Below, piece after piece: positions 8,841 to 15,894 of a DNA stretch of 32,000 nucleotides (the first letter of the stretch is position 1; each line of letters starts with the position of its first letter). The notes below the pieces were generated by a model. It searched no databases. It saw only the letters and a program-made list of their open reading frames with translations, and was not told the DNA's origin. A program made the position numbers and the translations under genes. Source of the stretch: Pelagibacteraceae bacterium AG-430-E20 (lineage in GTDB: Bacteria; Pseudomonadota; Alphaproteobacteria; Pelagibacterales; Pelagibacteraceae). The stretch spans positions 43,149-75,148 of the forward strand of contig QCOF01000004.1 in assembly GCA_003209915.1 (NCBI GenBank). Reading direction: 5' to 3'.

Positions 8841-10329
8841 AGCAAATCCAAATTTAAAGTTAAAGCAAGCGAAACTTGCTATAATTGATATAGGTTCAAA
8901 TTCAATTAGAATGCTAATTTATGATGATTTTACCTCGTCTAGAGTTCCTTTTTTTAACGAAAAAGCTGTATGTGAACTTGGCAAAAATTTAGATAAATCT
9001 AGAAAGTTGCACCATTCTGGAAAAATATATGCTCTTAAAGTACTTAAGAGATTTTCAGAAATTTTAAATGTATCACAAATTACAAATTTAAAAATCATAG
9101 CAACTGCAGTTCTCAGAGAAGCTTCGGATGCCAGGTCTTTTACTGAAGAGGTTGAAAAATTATTTCAAAAAAAAATAGAAATTCTTAGTGGTGATCAAGA
9201 AGCAGAATGTGCAGCTGAGGGTGTAAAAATAGGTTTTGAAAACGTTGATGGTCTTGTTGCTGATTTAGGTGGAGGTAGTTTAGAATTGGCTAGAGTTGAA
9301 AATAATGTAATCACTAATAAAACTTCCTTACCCCTTGGTGTTTTAAGATTAATTAATAATCCAATAATTAAAAAAAGAAATTTATCAAAGTACATTAAAA
9401 ATTTATTTGCTGATGAAAAATGGTTATCCAAGAAAAAATTTAAAAATTTATATTTAGTTGGAGGTACATGGAGAGCTTTATTTAAACTTCATTTATTTCA
9501 GAATGAATACCCCGTTCATATTATTCATCAATATTCGATTGATAATGATAGATTAACAAAATTTTTAGATAAAATCTCATCTTTTAGTAAGTCAAAATTA
9601 AAAACTGTAGAATATATTTCCAAATCTAGAACTCAATATTTGCCGTATAGTTCGATAATTTTAAACGAGATAATAAATTTAACAAATCCTAAAAAAATTG
9701 TATGTTCTATAAGTGGTTTGAGGGAAGGAGCTTTAGTAAAAGAACATTTTAAAGATTTTGAAAGTCCAGATATGTTTAATAAATCTCTTGAGCATATCGC
9801 AAAAAAAAGAGGTGATTTAGGATTAACATTTAAAAAATATTATGATTTTATTAAGCCTGTTTTTGAGGGTAATGAGCATTATAATAAAAAATTATTAAAC
9901 CTAGCATGTGTTTTAAGCCATATGGACTGGGGACTTGGCGCTTTTCAAAAGGCAGAATTAGTTTTTCAAGAAACTCTTAATACACCTTTGCTTAAACTAA
10001 CACATAAAGAAAGAATTCAAATAGCACTGTCATGTTACTGGAGATATTGCAGCATCAAATATAATCCTAAGATTGAATATTTAACTTTTCTGAACAATAA
10101 TGAAATCTTTTCAAGTAAACAAGTAGGTTCAGCTTTAAGATTTGCACACGCATTAACATCAATATCAACAATTTTTTTAGAGGAATTTAAATTATATAAA
10201 AGAGGCAACTCTGTTTTTTTGAAAATACCGTCTCATCATCAAGAAATAATTTCCAAACAAGTTACAAAAAAGTTTAAAGCCCTAGCAAGAGAATTATTTT
10301 TAGAACCTAGAGTAATTTATTCAAATTAA
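8821..10329 (+). CDS. ppx: Exopolyphosphatase Ppx/GppA family
   Basis: ASKHA phosphate-binding motifs IIDIGSNSIRM and ADLGGGSLEL. 502 aa. It overlaps the ppk 3' end by 20 nt, the classic ppk-ppx pairing. Confidence 0.92.
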   Translation: MTLKVLKANPNLKLKQAKLAIIDIGSNSIRMLIYDDFTSSRVPFFNEKAVCELGKNLDKSRKLHHSGKIYALKVLKRFSEILNVSQITNLKIIATAVLREASDARSFTEEVEKLFQKKIEILSGDQEAECAAEGVKIGFENVDGLVADLGGGSLELARVENNVITNKTSLPLGVLRLINNPIIKKRNLSKYIKNLFADEKWLSKKKFKNLYLVGGTWRALFKLHLFQNEYPVHIIHQYSIDNDRLTKFLDKISSFSKSKLKTVEYISKSRTQYLPYSSIILNEIINLTNPKKIVCSISGLREGALVKEHFKDFESPDMFNKSLEHIAKKRGDLGLTFKKYYDFIKPVFEGNEHYNKKLLNLACVLSHMDWGLGAFQKAELVFQETLNTPLLKLTHKERIQIALSCYWRYCSIKYNPKIEYLTFLNNNEIFSSKQVGSALRFAHALTSISTIFLEEFKLYKRGNSVFLKIPSHHQEIISKQVTKKFKALARELFLEPRVIYSN

Positions 10330-10433
10330 TTTAAAATTTTTTTAAAATAAACTTAAGATTTTAATAATATAATTGAAATAATTTTTGACTAATGAGTAGA
10401 TGTTTTAAATTTATTCTTCTCTTGTGGGGGTGC

Positions 10434-10925
10434 TTACTTAGTAGGCGCCTCTATAACTTTAAGAAATGATGCTATATGAGAGGCATTACAAAATTTATTT
10501 TTAAGAATTAACTTATTAATTTTATCTTTAGATAGTAAATGTATCTTAATACCTTTCTCAGATTTTTTTTTTTTAATCATATTATTTGAATAATAACAGT
10601 AGATTTTAGTTGTTAGTCTTCCTGGCTCACAATTTATTGTGAATATTTTTTTTGGTGTACCTGATATCTTATATCCTGTCTCCTCATAAAATTCTCTACA
10701 AGCTGCACTTAAAGGATTTTCTCCTTTATCAATTATACCAGATGGAAATTCATAGGTGATTTTACTTACTGGGACTCTTTTCTGACTTACTACAACAAAT
10801 TTATTTTTTTTAATTTCACATACTATCAAGGATAAATTAGCTGTTTTTAAAAAATGATAATAACCTTTTTTTTTGTATGGTTTATTAATTAGTTTTATAT
10901 TTTTTGTTAAATTAATATTTTTCAT
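10434..10925 (-). CDS. Nudix hydrolase (ADP-ribose pyrophosphatase-like)
   Basis: Complete Nudix box GIIDKGENPLSAACREFYEETGY (G-x5-E-x7-RE-U-x-EE-x-G-U). 163 aa. Confidence 0.85.
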   Translation of the reverse strand: MKNINLTKNIKLINKPYKKKGYYHFLKTANLSLIVCEIKKNKFVVVSQKRVPVSKITYEFPSGIIDKGENPLSAACREFYEETGYKISGTPKKIFTINCEPGRLTTKIYCYYSNNMIKKKKSEKGIKIHLLSKDKINKLILKNKFCNASHIASFLKVIEAPTK

Positions 10926-10984
10926 GCATCCATAACATATTTTTATTTGACTAATATTAAAGTTTTTTTTAATCCTAAAATGAA

Positions 10985-11536
10985 TTAAATTATTTTTTCT
11001 GAAATTAATTTGGAAATTCTTGGTATTAGTTCCATGGTGTTGCTGTTCATTGGATTAATATATGAAGATTCAAGAAAGCTATTAAATGCTTTTTCGTACT
11101 CTTTCATTTCGATATATACTTGTCCTTTCCCGATTAAAGCACCAAAATGTCTTTTTTCGAGTTTTAATACTATATCAATATCATTTAATGCATTTTTATG
11201 TTTGCCCATTAAATACAAAGTGGTTGCTCTTCTATTCCAAGCCTCTGCCCAATTAGGGTCTTTATCAATAATTTTACTAAAAATGTTGTAAGCTTTTAAA
11301 TAATTTCGATTTTGGACGAGCCTAGATCCTTCTTTTAAATCTATTGTTAATTGGAAGTTAGTTGGGTGTGTCTCCCATAACCTCCATATCTTATTTTCAA
11401 GTATTTTAGATTGTTTTTGTGAATTACATTCCTTCAACTGAATAAAAAGTTCATTTAATTTTGTATTTGTAGTCTCAGCATTTAAACCCAAGGATGAGAA
11501 TATAAGTATAAATAAAACGTAATAGTATTTTTTCAT
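10985..11536 (-). CDS. Secreted TPR-repeat protein
   Basis: Signal peptide (KKYYYVLFILIFSSLGLNA) followed by TPR-like helical repeats (YLKAYNIFSKIIDKDPNWAEAWNRRA, HKNALNDIDIVLKLE, YEKAFNSFLESSYINP). Confidence 0.7.
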   Translation of the reverse strand: MKKYYYVLFILIFSSLGLNAETTNTKLNELFIQLKECNSQKQSKILENKIWRLWETHPTNFQLTIDLKEGSRLVQNRNYLKAYNIFSKIIDKDPNWAEAWNRRATTLYLMGKHKNALNDIDIVLKLEKRHFGALIGKGQVYIEMKEYEKAFNSFLESSYINPMNSNTMELIPRISKLISEKII

Positions 11537-11537
11537 T

Positions 11538-11581
11538 TGTAATAAATTTGTAATATTTTTGTAACATTAATGAAACAATAA
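11538..11581 (+). promoter_or_regulatory. Candidate multi-repeat Pho box plus -10 upstream of phnX
   Basis: TGTAAT (11538), TGTAAT (11549), TGTAAC (11560) and TGAAAC (11571) are all spaced exactly 11 bp. CAATAA (11576-11581) lies 10 nt after the third repeat. The array begins 2 nt from the start codon of the divergent TPR gene. Confidence 0.6.
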
Positions 11582-11681
11582 GAAAAATTCAATTAAGACA
11601 ATAAAACTAAGAGTTTCTAACAAATAAAAGGTATAAACAATATTTGTTCTCTAAATTTAACTAATCTGATTCGAAAATTAA

Positions 11682-12476
11682 ATGAAAAATACAAAAATAG
11701 AGGCAATTGTTTTTGATTTAGCTGGCACTCTAATAGATTTTGGAAGTCAAGCACCATCTAAAGTACTTATTCATATTTTTAATGAAAATGGAATACCAAT
11801 TACTAAAAAAGAAGCTATTGGCCCTATGGGCATTGAAAAAAAAGCACATATAAGTCAATTAATCTATTCAAAGAAAATAAATCTACTGTGGAAAAAAAAG
11901 TATAAAAAAAAACCCAGTAAGAATGATATAAATAAATTATTTAAACTTTTTAATCCTGAGCTTAAAAAAATTATTAAAAAACACTCTAAATTAATTACAG
12001 GGAGTAAAAAAACTATTAAATTTATAAAAAAGAAAAAAATTAAAATAGCTACAAATACTGGATACTCTGATGATATTTTAAAAATTATATTGTCGGAATT
12101 AAAAAAACAAAAATTTACACCAGACATTGCATATGGTTCTTCATATGCAAAAATTGGAAGACCAACAGCAGAGATAATATACAAAATTTTTTCTGACCTA
12201 AATATAACAAAGGGATCAAGTTGTATAAAAGTAGACGATACTATTCCTGGACTATTAGAGGGAGTAAATGCTGGGATGTGGGTAGTAGGTGTCATATTTT
12301 CAGGTAATGAATTTGGTAAAACAGAGGTCGAATTTAACAAACTATCTTACAGAGATAAATTTAAATTTAGAAAAATGATCAAGAATAAATTTAAAAAAGT
12401 AGGTGCTGACTATGTAATAGATACAATTAAAGATTTACCTAAAGTAATTAAATTAATTGAGAAAAGAATTACGTAA
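11682..12476 (+). CDS. phnX: Phosphonoacetaldehyde hydrolase (phosphonatase), HAD family
   Basis: IEAIVFDLAGTLIDFGSQAP (HAD motif I), GPMGIEKKAHI (Schiff-base Lys region) and KVDDTIPGLLEGVNAGMWVVGV (motif IV). It appears colinear with my recollection of Bacillus PhnX over the full 264 aa. Confidence 0.87.
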   Translation: MKNTKIEAIVFDLAGTLIDFGSQAPSKVLIHIFNENGIPITKKEAIGPMGIEKKAHISQLIYSKKINLLWKKKYKKKPSKNDINKLFKLFNPELKKIIKKHSKLITGSKKTIKFIKKKKIKIATNTGYSDDILKIILSELKKQKFTPDIAYGSSYAKIGRPTAEIIYKIFSDLNITKGSSCIKVDDTIPGLLEGVNAGMWVVGVIFSGNEFGKTEVEFNKLSYRDKFKFRKMIKNKFKKVGADYVIDTIKDLPKVIKLIEKRIT

Positions 12477-12478
12477 AA

Positions 12479-13156
12479 TCACCTATTGAAAAGCATTTTT
12501 TTAACCACAAATATTGCTAATATTGCACCTAGTAATTCTGCAATAATAAATAAAGGTGTATTTAAATAATTGATACCAGTAAATGTGTCTGTAAAGGTTC
12601 TGGCTATAGCAACGGCAGGATTTGCAAATGAGGTTGATGAAGTAAACCAGTATCCTGCGGTTATGTAGAATCCAACACACGCAGCGGTTACAACTTTTCC
12701 ACTTTTCATTGATCCAAAAATTACTAAAATTAATCCAAACGTAGCTATTATTTCTGCAACAAATATATAAATACCATTTCTAGTTTTTGATGATAATTCA
12801 TATATAGGTAATTCAAAAAAAAAATTCGCTAATCCCACACCTACAAGGCAACCTGATATTTGTGAAAAAATATAAATATGAATTAATTTAAATTTTAGTT
12901 TTCCTGTAAAAACCATACTTAAACTCACAAATGGATTAAAATGAGCTCCTGATATATCAGAAAACACTGTTATAAGAACAAATAAACCTGCTCCTGTTGC
13001 AATTGTATTTGCTAATAACATAACTGCAAAATCGTCAGTAAGATTTTGAGCCATTATACCAGAACCAACAACTATCATCACTAGGAAGCAACTACCTAAG
13101 AATTCACTATAGATTATTTTTTTTTTGCTATTTTTCATAATTTTTAATCCATTCAT
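12479..13156 (-). CDS. MIP-family channel (aquaporin/aquaglyceroporin), candidate arsenite channel
   Basis: 225 aa, six TM segments, two half-helix boxes SGAHFNPFVS (NPF variant) and FANPAVAIAR. It overlaps the arsC 3' end. ATG at 13138 is an alternative start. Confidence 0.85.
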   Translation of the reverse strand: MNGLKIMKNSKKKIIYSEFLGSCFLVMIVVGSGIMAQNLTDDFAVMLLANTIATGAGLFVLITVFSDISGAHFNPFVSLSMVFTGKLKFKLIHIYIFSQISGCLVGVGLANFFFELPIYELSSKTRNGIYIFVAEIIATFGLILVIFGSMKSGKVVTAACVGFYITAGYWFTSSTSFANPAVAIARTFTDTFTGINYLNTPLFIIAELLGAILAIFVVKKMLFNR

Positions 13157-13583
13157 TAATTCTAGTTTCTAGTTTAGAATAAGTTTTATGTATTTCTAAT
13201 GAAATTAGTTCTTCTTTATTTGTTTTTTCACTATTTTCTAATTCATTAATAATATGAACAGGATCTTCAATATCCCAATGTATTATTTTTTCTGGAGATG
13301 GCCACACCGGACAAACTTCATTACTAGCATTGTTACATACAGTAAATACCTGGTCAAATTTTGTTTTTTCATCTAAAAATTTATTGAAGTTTTTTGATGA
13401 TAGATTTTTTGTTTCAAAATTATTTTCATTAAGATACTTGATGACATATTTATTAATTATTCCAGATGGTTTGCTACCTGCACTATAACCAGCAAATTTA
13501 TCTTTGTGATATTTATTAACCACACTTTCAGCTAATATGCTTCTATGAGAATTTCCTGTACAAACAAATAAAAGTTTTTTCAT
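13128..13583 (-). CDS. arsC: Arsenate reductase, LMW-PTPase (thioredoxin-coupled) type
   Basis: P-loop LFVCTGNSHRS (C-x5-R-S) plus a downstream Cys pair (TVCNNASNEVCP). 151 aa. Confidence 0.87.
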   Translation of the reverse strand: MKKLLFVCTGNSHRSILAESVVNKYHKDKFAGYSAGSKPSGIINKYVIKYLNENNFETKNLSSKNFNKFLDEKTKFDQVFTVCNNASNEVCPVWPSPEKIIHWDIEDPVHIINELENSEKTNKEELISLEIHKTYSKLETRINEWIKNYEK

Positions 13584-13642
13584 TGTTAACTTTTATAAAT
13601 ATAAATAATTTTTGCTAGAGTTATTGATGTTTAAATCGAAAT

Positions 13643-13675
13643 TGTAACAAAACTGAAACATTAGTAATTTAATAA
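13643..13675 (+). promoter_or_regulatory. Candidate Pho box plus -10, leaderless geometry (PhnZ-like gene)
   Basis: TGTAAC (13643) and TGAAAC (13654) are 11 bp apart. A 10-nt spacer follows, then TAATAA (13670-13675), which ends 6 nt before the ATG at 13682. Confidence 0.55.
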
Positions 13676-13681
13676 ATTATT

Positions 13682-14233
13682 ATGCATACGATTTCTAGCA
13701 TTAATAAATTATTTAAAATTATAGAAAATATTGGGTCTGATAAACAATATGGAAACGAAAATGTTTCACAACTTGAACATGCAATTCAATGTGGATTATT
13801 GGCAAAAAAAAATAATGAGAGTGATTTTTTCATTACTGCTGCTTTGTTTCATGATATTGGCCACCTAATTATCAATGATAAAGAGTCTATAAAAAAAGGA
13901 ATAGATAAAAAACATGAAAACTCTGGATCTCTTTTTCTATCTAAATTTTTCCCTGATGATGTTACAAAATTAATAAAAGGACATGTTCCGGCTAAAAGAT
14001 ATTTGGTTTATTGTGAAAAAGATTATTATGAATCTTTATCTATTGCTTCAAAACAAAGTTTAGATGTACAAGGAGGAAGTTTTTCCAAAGAGGAAGCAAA
14101 CGAATTTATTAAACAACCTTTTATGCAAGATGCAGTTAGGTTAAGAAAATATGATGATCTTGCTAAAATTGAAAATTTAGAAATTCCAAATATAAATTAT
14201 TTTTACAAACACGTAGAGAGAAGCTTTAAATAA
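13682..14233 (+). CDS. phnZ: HD-domain diiron oxygenase, PhnZ-like (C-P bond-cleaving family)
   Basis: 183 aa. Metal-ligand pattern QLEH, FHDIGH, KKHE, KGHVPAKRYLV and KYDD appears colinear with PhnZ as I recall it (QLEHSLQCA, LLHDLGH, GHVAAKRYLV). The QYGNE stretch has the same Y-x-x-E spacing as the PhnZ substrate-contact residues, from memory. Confidence 0.72.
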   Translation: MHTISSINKLFKIIENIGSDKQYGNENVSQLEHAIQCGLLAKKNNESDFFITAALFHDIGHLIINDKESIKKGIDKKHENSGSLFLSKFFPDDVTKLIKGHVPAKRYLVYCEKDYYESLSIASKQSLDVQGGSFSKEEANEFIKQPFMQDAVRLRKYDDLAKIENLEIPNINYFYKHVERSFK

Positions 14234-15398
14234 ACTTTTTTTTGTTTAAAAAAATTGCTGTTACGTTACCAAAAATTGCTAAAACAAAAAATACAAATAT
14301 TAACAAATCATATCCTCCTACATTCCATACCAACGAACCAATCCATGGACCAGCAATACTACCAATCATATATTGTAAAGCTAAAATACCATGAATATTG
14401 CCAAAGTTTTTTTGGCCAAAAGTATCATTTTGAACCAGAGGTTTTAAAATAGCCATACTGCCATATGCTGAACTATTAAATAAAACAAATAAAAATGCTA
14501 AGTAATGATTAATATTTATAAAGTATAAAAATATCATTCCAACTACCATCGAGTAAAAACAAATTACAAATAATTTTAAATTTGATTTATCACTTCCATA
14601 TATCATAACTAAAATTCTACCTATTACTTGTCCTGGTCCAAACAGAGATGCTGTTAATACAGCTTGGGATAGGCTCATGCCTTTTTCCTGCAACATTGGA
14701 ATTACATGAGTTGTAATAGCACCAATATTAAATCCAATAACAAACAATGAAAAACTAAATAACCAAAATCTAAAATCTTTAAGTATTATTTTAATTTTTG
14801 AATTTTGATCTGTTTTCTTTTCAATTTTTTTAAATTTTTTTATAATTATATTTTTGAAACCAAAATAATTAGCTGGTGAACTAATCAATATATTTAATAT
14901 TCCAAAAATAAATACAGTAAATCTCCAGTCATATTGTTCTGTTAAATAAGTAGCAGTAGGAAATGTGTATGTGCTTGCAAATCCAGCAAATAAAGTAATT
15001 ATTGCAATAGATGTTTTGGCCTTTGATTTTAAATTAATAGTAATGACACTAAAAAGCATCGTATAAAGACAGCCACCCGAGGTTGCACTTACAAGTATCC
15101 ATGCAACTAAAAATTCAGTGTATGTGTTTACTAAGGATAGATAGATTACACTTAATCCCAGCAATATTGGACTTACCCACATCATAGGAAAACTAAGATT
15201 TTTATCAACAAACTTACCAAGAATGGGTAACAATAAACTATGTACAACCAAGCCTAGAGAATAAATAAAAGTTAAATTATTCCTTGAAATACTAAGTTCA
15301 TTTTCCCAAGTTAGCAACAACGCTGAGAACAGATACATACAACTGCTGTAACAAAAGGTAACTGATATACCTATTAAAAATGCAGACAAATATTTCAC
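14226..15398 (-). CDS. MFS transporter (unknown substrate)
   Basis: 390 aa with about 12 predicted TM helices and a central hydrophilic loop (KKFKKIEKKTDQNSK). GTG start. Its 3' end overlaps the PhnZ-like gene by 8 nt, convergently. Confidence 0.8.
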   Translation of the reverse strand: MKYLSAFLIGISVTFCYSSCMYLFSALLLTWENELSISRNNLTFIYSLGLVVHSLLLPILGKFVDKNLSFPMMWVSPILLGLSVIYLSLVNTYTEFLVAWILVSATSGGCLYTMLFSVITINLKSKAKTSIAIITLFAGFASTYTFPTATYLTEQYDWRFTVFIFGILNILISSPANYFGFKNIIIKKFKKIEKKTDQNSKIKIILKDFRFWLFSFSLFVIGFNIGAITTHVIPMLQEKGMSLSQAVLTASLFGPGQVIGRILVMIYGSDKSNLKLFVICFYSMVVGMIFLYFININHYLAFLFVLFNSSAYGSMAILKPLVQNDTFGQKNFGNIHGILALQYMIGSIAGPWIGSLVWNVGGYDLLIFVFFVLAIFGNVTAIFLNKKKFI

Positions 15399-15413
15399 AA
15401 ATTTTTTTATTTC

Positions 15414-15446
15414 TTTAACATTTTTTTAACAAAAGTAAGTTAATAG
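15414..15446 (+). promoter_or_regulatory. Candidate Pho box plus -10, leaderless geometry (secreted orphan)
   Basis: TTTAAC (15414) and TTTAAC (15425) are 11 bp apart. A 10-nt spacer follows, then TAATAG (15441-15446), which ends 6 nt before the ATG at 15453. Confidence 0.55.
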
Positions 15447-15452
15447 ATTATT

Positions 15453-15875
15453 ATGAATAAAATCCTAATCTCATTTATATTAACTTTATCCACAATTTCT
15501 ATTACTCAAGCTGACAATCATGCTAAAATAACAGAGCAACAAGCAGGCAGTAGTTATTCACAAAATACTGAGGATACATTTAAAAATGAAATAGGGAATT
15601 GTGAAGACCCTGGCGTTCTTATGTTAAGAGCTACTGTTAAAAATGATATTTCAAGATCTAGTCCCGAAAAAGCATCTGAGGCAGAAGCATTAATGAAAGA
15701 GGGTATGAAATTGTGTAATGAAAATAGAGTTTTTGAGGCAAAACTAAAATTAGAAGACGCTAAAACAACTGCCCGTGCAGGATTGGTAGACGGAGAAGAT
15801 CCATCCGTAACTAAAATTGTTGCTGAAAATAATGAAACACCAAAGGAAGAAAAACCATGGTGGAAATTTTGGTAA
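15453..15875 (+). CDS. Small secreted acidic protein, no recognised family
   Basis: 140 aa with a signal peptide (ILISFILTLSTISITQA), two Cys, a helical Glu/Lys-rich body and an aromatic C-terminus KPWWKFW. The ORF fills the spacer exactly. Confidence 0.55.
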   Translation: MNKILISFILTLSTISITQADNHAKITEQQAGSSYSQNTEDTFKNEIGNCEDPGVLMLRATVKNDISRSSPEKASEAEALMKEGMKLCNENRVFEAKLKLEDAKTTARAGLVDGEDPSVTKIVAENNETPKEEKPWWKFW

Positions 15876-15894
15876 AATAATTTCTAATTTTTTT

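Noticed and set aside
13584-13642. Looked for Pho-type repeats controlling arsC-aquaporin.
   Set aside because: No phased T[GT]TAAC repeats occur on the arsC strand. The repeats at 13643-13659 point toward the PhnZ-like gene.
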